A stretch of 64,000 nt of DNA from Candidatus Heimdallarchaeota archaeon (GTDB lineage: Archaea > Asgardarchaeota > Heimdallarchaeia > Heimdallarchaeales > Heimdallarchaeaceae), in contig JAHLWR010000001.1 in assembly GCA_019057815.1 (NCBI GenBank), forward strand, positions 160,001-224,000, given 5' to 3'. The notes beneath the pieces were generated by a model, which saw only the letters and a list, made by a program, of their open reading frames with translations, did not search any database and had not been told where the DNA came from. Of this stretch, positions 20,914 through 31,800 are shown in pieces. Every line of letters starts with the position of its first letter. Within the stretch, counting starts at the first letter, position 1. The translations under genes and the position numbers were made by a program.

Positions 20914-22989
20914 TCACCCATTAATAAAGTAATTTTGATTGTCACCATCGTATTCACAAGGCATAAGGTGTTCCCACCCATGAATGTTAATATAAGTAAT
21001 ACTTATACCCGGGCTTTTTACAATAAGATACCCATATACTTCTGCTAGCTCCTCAAAGCGTGTAATATTTTCAAAGAACCAGATATATTTGCTCTGATTA
21101 ACATCAAGAAGACGGTAATAATATATTCCGCTAGTATTATTTAGAGCGGAAGTTGAGCCATTATATCTGTAACCATTTTCCAATGAATATTCTTCTGGCC
21201 TATTTAGATAAAAATCACTTTGCTTCCATCCATAGTATGATGTCCCATTAATTGTATAAGTATAAATTCTCTCGTAAGGAGGATTGGTATTATAAAAATA
21301 AGAATAGTCTATAAGGAAACTATCTTGATTATTATACATATACTGTATTGCTTCCTTGAAGAGCGTTTCCATAGCAATAGTTGGACTTGCATGGGTGGTG
21401 TGAGTAAGGAATAACTTATCTTTCCATATCTCTGTTACAAGGGTTTTTTGGAAAGGGTAAATAACTACTCCTTCAGCTCCACACCCCGTAGCAACGTAAA
21501 TAGAACTTTTTCTTGGATTATCCATTAGTATTTCTCCTAGTTTTCCTCCATGGCAAGCATGTGTATAAACGAAAATTTTATTGCACTGACTATTTTCTAT
21601 AATATATGATATCTCTGTACCATTTATTATGTCTGGTTCTGAAGGGTGGTAAGAGTTTAAGAGTGAGAGCTCAAAGTTATTACTTTTATTACTTCCATGT
21701 GATATAAGACATATAAAAACCTCGTCATTTGCATCTGCTTTGTTCCAGAGTACATCTTCAAGTGTATTAACTGTATTAACATAAGTTGCAGCACTACAAG
21801 ATAAATTGTTAATATATGTAGTGCTTTCATCTGTTTCTGAAAAATAAGGTAAATACTCAATTTTATTAGTATCGTTAAAAATGGAATCATCAGGACTTTC
21901 ATCTGTTAGAATCTTAAAATTCTCATCAGGTATTCCAAAAGCTTCACGGAAACAGCCATACCATTCAAGAATACGTAAATGTTTATCACTGAAATCAATA
22001 CCTTCATCTTTTTCACCATCTGAATCAAAATCATTTATCCCTAAAAGAATCACATACCTATCCATTGTATCTTGCATAGTGAAATTCATGCATAAGATCC
22101 CTCCTGTTTCAACTTCTACAGGCTGCACTTCGATTGTGAAATTCGGATGAAATGCTCTCAACTCATAATTATGGATTGGGTAGTAGTGGAAATTCCATCC
22201 CAGATAGTACCCATCTTCATTTGTTCTTCTACTATCTTTTAATTTGTCAGTATTTTCCCAACACTCTACAGTTGCGTTTCCTAGAGCATTAGAATTATAT
22301 TTCACAAAACCCTCTATTCTAAGGAGAAAATATTCATACTCCAAGTCAAAATCACAATTGAAATAACCTGGAGATGTAGGACCATCAGCAGTTTTTGTTT
22401 GGTAATCTTGTTTTGATACGCTTAAATTATAAGTATGTGGACCAGCATCATCACCATAGTTAAAAGCGTATTGTCCTGTAACATTGGTGTTGCGATAAGT
22501 TACCATATTACCATCTCTTAAAAACTCAACTCTGGCATTCAGTAAGTGATTAGAATTCTCATCCGTTACAGTTCCATAGATGTAATACTGGTTTTCTCCT
22601 GGAGAGCTTAAAGTGAAATTATAGAACTCAGCTACACGTCTAGGCACTGGACCTACTCCACCTGTTGGTTCAAACCCATATTTAGAGACTTGAAAGGTAT
22701 AAATATAAAAACGCTCAATATTATAGGTAAAATTATATTGCCCTTCTTCATCTGTATATCTTACCTTTACCACATTACCATCCCTTAGGAATTCAACTCT
22801 AGCTCCTTCTGATGGATTATTTGGCTCCTCAAAGACATATCCTTTAATAAGATGTGTATCAGCTCTCACTTCTACACATTGATTCATGAAAACGCTTTCG
22901 ATAATTATTGACATTATAAACATACACAATATCATAGATTTTATTGTTCTTACTTTTCCCATTAAGATTAGCTCCTTTTTTGCTTTCAA
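20914..22989 (-). CDS. secreted clan CD (caspase/legumain C13-like) cysteine protease with three carboxypeptidase-regulatory-like domains
   Basis: Signal peptide; 3x (G.V......ARVE...T...G.Y) modules; RYVILLGINDF; VFICLISHG (His, 21694-21702); VYTHACHGG (Cys, 21544-21558); start may be a downstream Met. Confidence 0.75.
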   Translation of the reverse strand: MKAKKELILMGKVRTIKSMILCMFIMSIIIESVFMNQCVEVRADTHLIKGYVFEEPNNPSEGARVEFLRDGNVVKVRYTDEEGQYNFTYNIERFYIYTFQVSKYGFEPTGGVGPVPRRVAEFYNFTLSSPGENQYYIYGTVTDENSNHLLNARVEFLRDGNMVTYRNTNVTGQYAFNYGDDAGPHTYNLSVSKQDYQTKTADGPTSPGYFNCDFDLEYEYFLLRIEGFVKYNSNALGNATVECWENTDKLKDSRRTNEDGYYLGWNFHYYPIHNYELRAFHPNFTIEVQPVEVETGGILCMNFTMQDTMDRYVILLGINDFDSDGEKDEGIDFSDKHLRILEWYGCFREAFGIPDENFKILTDESPDDSIFNDTNKIEYLPYFSETDESTTYINNLSCSAATYVNTVNTLEDVLWNKADANDEVFICLISHGSNKSNNFELSLLNSYHPSEPDIINGTEISYIIENSQCNKIFVYTHACHGGKLGEILMDNPRKSSIYVATGCGAEGVVIYPFQKTLVTEIWKDKLFLTHTTHASPTIAMETLFKEAIQYMYNNQDSFLIDYSYFYNTNPPYERIYTYTINGTSYYGWKQSDFYLNRPEEYSLENGYRYNGSTSALNNTSGIYYYRLLDVNQSKYIWFFENITRFEELAEVYGYLIVKSPGISITYINIHGWEHLMPCEYDGDNQNYFING

Positions 22990-23463
22990 CCCTTTGGGTA
23001 TTGTTCTTTAGGTTAACTCAAATGTTTAAGAAAACATATATCTATTTAAGTAATTCTGTCTAGATTTTCATATCTTCCCAAGAGTTATTAATCATTGATT
23101 ATTTCATTAAATACTATATAAACCAAAAGAAAAAAAGATGAAACTATAATCAATTTTCAATAAATAAATAGTTAAAAAAGTTAAAGTACTAAAGCATTTG
23201 GAAGATAAGAACTATGATAAAAGTGGGTTGATCAACAGAATCAAACAGAAAATCCATTTTATTGGCGGAGTTATGGAATATAATTCGAAAGGGATCGAAG
23301 AGCTAAATGTTATCAATCAGGTAATAGAACAAGGAAAAGTTAAAAAACAATGGTTAAAAATCGAAAAACTGATGAATGACACAAATATGAAACTGAAAAA
23401 AATATGATAATTTGAAAGAAAAAAAAACAAAAACTGCAATTTAACTGTAATCTAAGAACAACG

Positions 23464-23471
23464 GTTTATAA
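23464..23471 (+). promoter_or_regulatory. TATA-box candidate upstream of a hairpin cluster
   Basis: TTTATAAA with a purine-rich BRE-like stretch upstream; no plus-strand ORF follows. Confidence 0.4.
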
Positions 23472-23494
23472 ATGATTAATTAATATGCTTCACG

Positions 23495-23590
23495 TTGACA
23501 TTTTAGACAATGTCAAAAAGATGTGATAGAGTCATAAAGTAAGAAATGACTCTATTACATTACCCAAATTTCGGACGTTTGAGTGAATGA
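23495..23590 (+). other. cluster of three tandem inverted repeats (candidate structured ncRNA or protein-binding site)
   Basis: TTGACATT-N6-AATGTCAA; ATGTGATAGAGTCAT-N10-ATGACTCTATTACAT (15 bp with one G-U); imperfect TACCCAAAT/GTTTGAGTG stem; T-rich tract follows. Confidence 0.6.
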
Positions 23591-23637
23591 TAATTGATAG
23601 TCTTTACTTTTAATCTTTTCCTTCTTTCAACACTTTT

Positions 23638-23964
23638 TTACCACTCATAACTGTAAATTTTAGTTTTTTTTTCTCTTTTTTGAAATTTCTGAGATTCTAA
23701 TATTGTCGTTATTTCGATTATTTTGTATGCTATTTGTTCACCAATTGAAGTTAAATATATATACCTGCTTCCGCGTATTATCTTCTGCTCGCTTTTAATC
23801 AGTTCTAAATCCTCTAAAACGTTAATAGCTGAATAGACTGATTTCTGACCACCAATAACGGAATTAATTAATGTTGAGATATTCGCCTTTCCTCCCAATT
23901 CTAGCAATGTTTCTAATACTTGCAAAGCTGATTTTTGCTCCAAACCCATTAAATACCTTGACAT
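23638..23964 (-). CDS. winged helix-turn-helix transcriptional regulator
   Basis: ANISTLI...QKSVYSAINVLEDLELI...RYIYLTSIGE, a typical wHTH; divergent from the parA operon. Confidence 0.82.
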   Translation of the reverse strand: MSRYLMGLEQKSALQVLETLLELGGKANISTLINSVIGGQKSVYSAINVLEDLELIKSEQKIIRGSRYIYLTSIGEQIAYKIIEITTILESQKFQKREKKTKIYSYEW

Positions 23965-24141
23965 AATTAATTTTTTAAGGAGATATAGTATATATTTTTT
24001 TCGACAGTTAGAGTGTTGAAGCTATTAACAACAGATGCTATTTAATATAATGAAGAATAAGTTTAAACAGCTAATTAATACTTAAAGCAGTACGGTTGCG
24101 GGTAATGTTTTTATATTCGTTCAAATAAAGTAATATGGGTA

Positions 24142-24221
24142 CATGAAAAAAGATCTGAAGAAAATAAATCAGTGATTTTTTCATGCTTTTTGACATGAAG
24201 TTTAGTGTCTAGGAGTCATAA
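24142..24221 (+). promoter_or_regulatory. structured leader/operator region of the parA-giant gene operon
   Basis: CATGAAAAAA...TTTTTTCATG inverted repeat (24142-24185) about 25 nt after a TTTTTATA box; TGACAT-N8-GTGTCT (24191-24210); AGGAG at 24211. Confidence 0.45.
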
Positions 24222-24225
24222 CTAG

Positions 24226-25116
24226 TTGATTCTGCAAAAGTTGTCATGTAGACAAAGAATAGATGTGATTATGCTTCACAGTCAGAAAGGAGGACCTGGT
24301 AAGACCACTCTATCGTGTAATATAGCGCACGAGTTAGCTAAGAGAGGGAAGAAAACTGTTATTATCGATCTTGATGTAGCTCAACCTACTTTACAACATA
24401 TTTTCAATATTCCTAAAAAGGACATTAAAATCACTATTAATGACATTCTCTTAGGTAATGGTATCCTCTCTGAAAACAATATCTCTTCTACTTCCGTCCC
24501 TAACCTTTCCATTATCACTGCAAGCGAAAAAATAGTATATGGCGAAGGATTACTTTCTTTGTTGAAAAGTATCCATGAACATTCATATTTCATACTGCAT
24601 GAAATGATGAGAATATTACAGAGAATGAGTTATCAATATGTAGTTCTAGATTGTGCGCCAGGATACCGAATAGAATCTGTCCACGCTGCAACTATAGCTG
24701 ACGCTAGAATATTTGTCATTCGTCCTTCCACATTCAGTTTTGAAGGAGCTAAAGAAATGCTTCAAGACATCTACAAGAAACTCTCTTATCAATCACTGAA
24801 TTTCTTCGTTTTCAACCAGATACCACCAGAACTTAAAGTTAAGAGTCTCAAAATCTTGCACAAATGGAAAGAAGAACTGGAGAGAGAAACTGGAATAGAT
24901 CCCATTTTTCTCGGTTTCTTCAACCTTTCTTATGATATTATAGAGAACTGCATCCATGGAGAGTATTTCTTCCCCCGAAAGCATTCTTTGTATAATCAAC
25001 TTTCTTGTATGGTCGACAATGTTACACAAAATATTGATCTATTGAAAACACAAGATGAGATAGGAGCAGGTTCTAAAAAACGTATAGCTCTTGAAACTGC
25101 TACTAATGGAGAGTGA
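24226..25116 (+). CDS. ParA/MinD-family ATPase
   Basis: Deviant Walker A SQKGGPGKTT, IIDLD, YVVLDCAPG, FNQ; start could be 24226 (TTG after AGGAG) or a nearby ATG. Confidence 0.9.
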   Translation: MILQKLSCRQRIDVIMLHSQKGGPGKTTLSCNIAHELAKRGKKTVIIDLDVAQPTLQHIFNIPKKDIKITINDILLGNGILSENNISSTSVPNLSIITASEKIVYGEGLLSLLKSIHEHSYFILHEMMRILQRMSYQYVVLDCAPGYRIESVHAATIADARIFVIRPSTFSFEGAKEMLQDIYKKLSYQSLNFFVFNQIPPELKVKSLKILHKWKEELERETGIDPIFLGFFNLSYDIIENCIHGEYFFPRKHSLYNQLSCMVDNVTQNIDLLKTQDEIGAGSKKRIALETATNGE

Positions 25117-25840
25117 GAAAATGGTTTTGGAGCTTTTTTACACGAATACTGAGGATTTTTTGGAAGAAAATAATTTTACCACCTTTATATACGAAATGTT
25201 TTATTCTACTAGTAATTATCACGAAGGTTCCGTCATACTAACTTACTACAAACGAAGAAGTATGACAACAATGAAAACTCAAAACAAAATTGTTTCAAAA
25301 CAGTTTGATGGCTATTTTTACAATTATTTAAGAACACATTTTCACCTTTATTTTTTTGGTAATTTTACGCTTACACAGTTCTCATTAACTGTGTATTTTT
25401 GGGGAGAGCAAGAAAATTGTAGTGACGGAACCATTGTTTTTTACAATTTCTTCTCTTCCCACTATTCCCCCAATGGTTACATGCAACTTGAAAAGGGAAA
25501 AGAGTGCAAGGAGACGCATAGGTTTGGGAAAAAAGATAGGTTATTAGAAAATAAAAACCTTCCTTCATTCTCCCTAAATCTTCTGTTATGTGAAACAGAA
25601 GAAAAGAAGGTTAATGCTTTCTTTTCTCTTAATGTATGTCATGAAGGGAGTATATTTCTCGATCGATTATTGATTCAAGGAGTGAAGAGGGGATTAGTGA
25701 GTAAGGAAAGACTGGTTTGGAAAGAAGATGGTCAAATAATAGAATTCCTCTTTCCCTACTCCTCCCTAAATCTTTATTCTAGCCTTTTTTTGAACTATAA
25801 TACAGCATTAAATGGAGTAAAAATTAAACTATGGAAGTGA
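25091..25840 (+). CDS. hypothetical protein (operon with parA and giant genes)
   Basis: Overlaps the end of parA and stops 4 nt before the next ATG; no family recognised. Confidence 0.65.
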   Translation: MKLLLMESEKMVLELFYTNTEDFLEENNFTTFIYEMFYSTSNYHEGSVILTYYKRRSMTTMKTQNKIVSKQFDGYFYNYLRTHFHLYFFGNFTLTQFSLTVYFWGEQENCSDGTIVFYNFFSSHYSPNGYMQLEKGKECKETHRFGKKDRLLENKNLPSFSLNLLLCETEEKKVNAFFSLNVCHEGSIFLDRLLIQGVKRGLVSKERLVWKEDGQIIEFLFPYSSLNLYSSLFLNYNTALNGVKIKLWK

Positions 25841-25844
25841 AATA

Positions 25845-28800
25845 ATGAAAGACAAAAGGAAATTATCAATATTATTTGTTGTTTTATTTGTTAGTCAGAT
25901 TGCCATTAGTGCAAGTGTAAGTGCTGAAATACTTTATCCTGTTATTTCTAACATACATCATACACCAATTAATCCTTCTCCTGAGGACACAGTTACAGTT
26001 CTTGCTGATGTATCGCATGGAATGGGATTAAGTGAAGTCAAACTTAATTATCTCTCTGAAAGTGAAAATGAGTGGAATTATATCAATATGGTATCTGATG
26101 TCGAATGCGTTTTTTATGGCCATATAACTCCCTATCCCGTTGATTCCTTCATCACTTATCAGATTGTTTCAACATCTATTAATGGTTTCACACGAATGTC
26201 TTCGAATTACACTTACACTGTTTATGAGTACAATGTTCCAACCATTACAAATGTAAAAAGAGATCCATCTCAACCAATGTATGATGAACTTGTCAATATA
26301 ACTGCTAAGGTTTATGATACACTATCTATAAGCTCAGTCTTTTTGAAGTATACACTTGATCAAGGAAGTACAACTACTGTTCCGATGTCCTTTAATTCGA
26401 ATGATAGTTTATATTTTGCTCAAATACCTAACACAAATATCAATACTTCTGTCAATTATTGGATTGAGGCAACAAATGATGAGACACATACAAGTTCTTC
26501 CAAGGTTTTTCATTATATTTCATTAGGTTATGTTCCATTTCTTTATGAGATTTGGACTGATCCTTTTAATGCTACTGAAGGATATCCTTTAACGTTTTTT
26601 GTTAGTTTGTTTAGTCGTTGTGTTATTGTTGAGGGGTACATTTACTATAAAATCAATCAAGGAGGAACAGAATCACTTAATCTTACTCAAACGGATGAAA
26701 TAATGTGGAGTTCTGAAAGTATCCTTGGAGATAATCTTGTGGGAGGGTATATACTTGAGTATTGGTGTCAGTTTAACTACTCACATGATGGAAGTTATCA
26801 TCTTTATCCTTCTAACCCAACTCATAATTTCAAAACGATAGTAGAAAATAACAATCCAACTATTGATTCTGTAAATATTTATCCTATATCTATAAATAAA
26901 GGCGACGACGTGACTATCAATGTTACAATAACTGACCAAAGTATAATAGATGTTGAATGCATTTATTTGATTCCAGGGAAAACAGATGAGACACATCTAG
27001 TTATGAATGAAATAACGGGAACAAACATTTGGACAACCACAATACTTACAACAGATCTTCTTGAGAACGCAAGTGTTGTCCTAACTATAACGGTAAAAGA
27101 TACGAATGGTATGGAAACTATAGTCTATTCAGGATTTTTCATCAATGATGGCAGTCCACCCATTTTATATGGTGTTGAAGATTTGCGAGAACACCAAATC
27201 TGTCATACATATGAACATACTTTCTATGTTTATGTAAACGACACAAGTGAAATTGACTATGTGAAACTCAAACTTTGGACAGAAAATGGTTCACTGTTTT
27301 ATGGGGAGTATTACATGGTTAAAGGAGGAACACACATTTATTATTATACTCTAGATAACGCTCCGTTTGAAACTAGTTTATTCACTTGGATGACTTACAA
27401 TTTTATTGCTTGTGACATATTTGGTTATACTGTAGAATCAGAAGAGTTTACTTACTATGTTTATGATTATTCAGGACCCATATTCAGTTTTAATGCAGTA
27501 GAAGAGTATGATTACCATGAAACACCTGAACTTCATGTAATAATTAATGATAGAGGAGGAACAGGAGTTCAGTCCTCTTCTATCGTTTATAGTGATGACG
27601 ATTGGAGTACTAGTTACTATTTATCTTTAAGCTATATCGATGATAATGAGTATAAAGTAATATTGCCTGAACTACTATATGAGTCATCAAGAGAATATTA
27701 TTTCACTGCTATAGATTTTGCTAATAATCCCTCACAATCAGTAATTTTTGAATATACTTCAGTTGATGCTTCTCCACCTACTATAATTGATTTTAAAATA
27801 AATAATAATCAACCTGTTACAAATCTTGATCAAGAATTAACAGTAGAAATATGGTTAGAAGATGTTAATTTTATAACTTGGGTTGATATTGAACTACTAT
27901 CTGAGTACAATCACGCGGGTACTTGGTGGCAAAAAGAGCTTTATGATAGTGGAGATAATGTTTACTTTACTAGAACGTTTGATTACAATTTGGTAGGGTG
28001 TGACATCATTGAATATTACTTCTCTGTTCAAGATTCTTTAAACCAGTATGATTTTTCCGTTCATTATCAAATTACCGTTATTGACGCAATTTTGCCTACT
28101 CTCAGTACGACAGTTGTTACTCAAGGAACAGCAAATGTCTTGACCAGAAATATAGTTTATTGGCAAGAAGAAGTAGAACCAGATGTTTATGTTGCCCGTA
28201 ATGCTTATTGGTTCAATGAATCAGCAGAAGATCTCTATTTTGAAGTTGTTGCTGATGACGAGACAGAATTAGATGAAGTCTATTTTGAATACAGTTATGG
28301 AACTTATGGTAGTTGGGGAGAACATTACACTTTCACTCAAGTCGGTACATCAACTACTTATGATGTTACAATTGATATGACTATTTTTTCCGCAGAAAAA
28401 ACTAATGATGGTTATAGTATTATAGATGTTGAAAATGGGAGATTCTTCTTCCGAATTATAGCAAAAGATACAAGTGGTAACATTCGATATTGGAACCCTA
28501 CTGAACCCTTTGAATTATGGGATGGAGAAGCTCCAACTATAATTAATATGCAACAATCCCACACATCTCTAAAAGGAGGGCAGAATATAGACTTTTCAAT
28601 CACTTTAAATGATAATTTTAAAGGAATCATTGATAACTTTTTCCCTTCAGGTTTTGCATTTATTCGCTTTAAACACGGAGCTTCAGACACTGGTTGGATT
28701 GTTATGCAACTTAGTGAATCCTCATCATTCGATTACACGTGGACTACTCCAAATGTAGATAGTACTCAAACTTGTTATGTGTGGTTTAAAGTTGGGGATT

Positions 28801-31800
28801 TAAATGCTTTAAAAACAGGTTGGGAACTCAGTGAACAAAAAGATTCTTGGAATAACAATCAAACTTATGTCGATTATTGTTCATTCACTATTATAGATAG
28901 TACAGGACCAGATATTAGTAACTGGTCTTATGGTGGTCCTGCGTGGACGAGTACTAACCCTTTTGTAGATTACAGTCAAACGCTTTATGTTGATGTGCAA
29001 TTAACTGATGTTTCAGGAGTTAATTCTGCTAAATTATATTTCAGTGATACATGGACTTGGGTAAATTTTGATAATATGGTCCTAATCTCTGGTGATCAAT
29101 TTTCAGGTATTTGGAGAGGAGAAATTAGTTCATCTTATCTGTTCTCTGTTTATGATTTTAATGATATTTCTGATATCCATTTCAAAGTTGTTGCAATAGA
29201 TAGTGAAAGCAATACATATGAAGAACTTTCACCGGGATGGCTGGATATTAGAGATTTTGTTTCCCCAGTAATAACTTCAGGTCCCACTTGCTCTCACTCA
29301 CAGATTTACCAAGGACAAACTATTAGATTTGATATTAGTGCCCACGATTACGGAAAAGGGATGTCTACTTTCTTATTATACGCTGTGAGAATAAGAATAG
29401 ATGGAGGAGCTTCTGTTGCTATGGTATTGGATAATGGAGATGAATGGTATTATCAATATACTGTTTTTAGATCTATTGGTGTGCACAATGTTCAATTTTA
29501 CCTTTATGATGAGGATTTATCAATGGCCCTTGATACTCCTTCAAACATCTATGTGACAGCATACAATATTTTAACCTATGAAGTCTTAGATGGTATCGGA
29601 CCAACAATAGAGGACGCTAACGATTGGACATATGAAGGTTCAGCATGGAAAAACAGTAAAAATCTCGAGGCACATGTACCAACTACAAGTATAGATGAAA
29701 CATGGTTATTAGATTTAAGTTATAGTTTAACAATTACAGCTGAAATTACTGATGTATCAGGAATACAGTACGCACGGCTATACTATAGCAGCTCCCGTTC
29801 CACTTTTTCCAACTATGTTCCGATGTCTCATACAACTGGAAATAATTACCAAGCAACTATCTCTGCAAACATTTTACAATCAATATATTCTGATACTGCA
29901 CCAGAATCTGTGAATGATATTATATATTTCAAAATTTATGCTGTTGATAGTTCATCATCACAAAATTATAATAACAGAGAGACCTATGATGATGATATCT
30001 TCTTCGAGATATGGGATTATGGAGGACCAACATATTCAAATTATGTTACTCCTAGCTCGGCTTCTATAGGTTCACAAATAACTATTAGAGTAGATGTGAT
30101 AGACCATATAGGCGTTTATAACAATTATTACAATGTTAAATTTGTTTGTGACGGCACTACTTACGGTTGGTACAGTATGAGTCGTATTTCAGGAGATAAG
30201 TTTGATGGAACATATCAATATATATGGGCAGTTCAAAATCATCATAGTAAAACTTGTATTATAACTTTTCAATTTAAAGATATTATGGGAGAAAGAGTAG
30301 AATGGGATCCTTTTTTGAACCTTTGGGCTACATATGATTATAGGGTAAATGTTTTAACAACTGACAGTTCTCAGTCTTTCCAAATTTACGATAACACAGA
30401 TCCTGTTATTAGTAACCATTACGTATCTCCTTCAGATCCTGAATATAACGAACAATTCAGATTTTATGCGTGTGCAACAGATTCATATACTAGCATAAGC
30501 AGTGTCTGGGCTGAATGGTGGGTAGAAGGCGTAAAACAAACAGATATTTCAATGTCTTTTGACTCTGGTACCACTTATAAATCCGCACTTGTTGGAACAT
30601 ATTCCTATAACACTCAAATTAAATATATTATTCACGCTAAAGACATTAATAACAATGAAGAAACAACTTCACTAATAACTTTCTACATAGAAGACACTGT
30701 TTTGCCTACTGTTTCTAATACATACCATACACCCAATCCTATAATCTCTGGTACAAATACACTATATGTTTATACAACCTTTAGTGATAGCGGTTCTGGT
30801 ATAAACACTCCACAAATATGTTATTGGATAGATGGCACACTTTATGGTTATTATACTATGACACATGATACTGGAGGTACATATTATTATGCCATAGATA
30901 TTAGTGGTGTCGGCTTTTCAGAAGGAATAGAGTATAGAACCAGTTGTACAGATGTTGCTGGAAACACTAAATACAGTAGTATATATGGGCCATATTTCTT
31001 CCAAGATACAACAAACCCATCAATTAGTGCAATTACACGAACACCAACAACGGTATATTCACTCGATGATGTAGTAGTAAGAGCTTCTGTAACCGACACG
31101 GGATCCGGTGTTGATTGTGTCCGTTTATACTTCAAACGTTTATCTACTTGGCAGTATGTCCCTATGTCCATAGTAAGTGGAAAATATCAAGGAACTTATT
31201 TTTGTGGTGGTACAGGCCACACCGACCAATATTATGTTAGAACCTGGGATAATGCAGGAAATTACGCCCAATCATCTACTTACTCTTACGTCGTCCAAAG
31301 TGGAGGAGGATGGCCACCTTGGCAACCATCCGTTGAAGGATTAACTCATTCTGTAGATCTTTCTAATCAGTACGATGAAGGAGTTCTGTACTTGGATAAA
31401 CAACAACATATTTTCAGTCATCCTGAACTTATTAAACACGTTATTGTTGAATATAAAAGTATAGGTGAACCTTCATGGCATAAGGTTGTGCCTTTAGAAA
31501 ACGAAGAGTTTTACTCTGCTTATATCGCCTCTGCTACTTCACTCGTTTTAGATTACAGAGTAATTATTCACATGATAACAAATCAAATAATTACTTCAGA
31601 AATACAATCTTTAGAACTTATCGATTTAACACCCCCTAACATTATCGTTGACTATTCTCCTCTAAACCCCGAATACGATGAGATTGTTCAGTTTAATATA
31701 CAAGTAAGGGATTCAAGTGGAATCAATGAAACATTTTGCCATTACTCTTTTGGTGATGAATGGAATACTATTACTTTTAATTCACAGATACTTAATGAAA

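Noticed and set aside
23198-23407. 69-aa ORF next to the hairpin cluster
   Set aside because: TTG start, A-rich low-complexity sequence and no recognisable motif; cannot be supported as a gene
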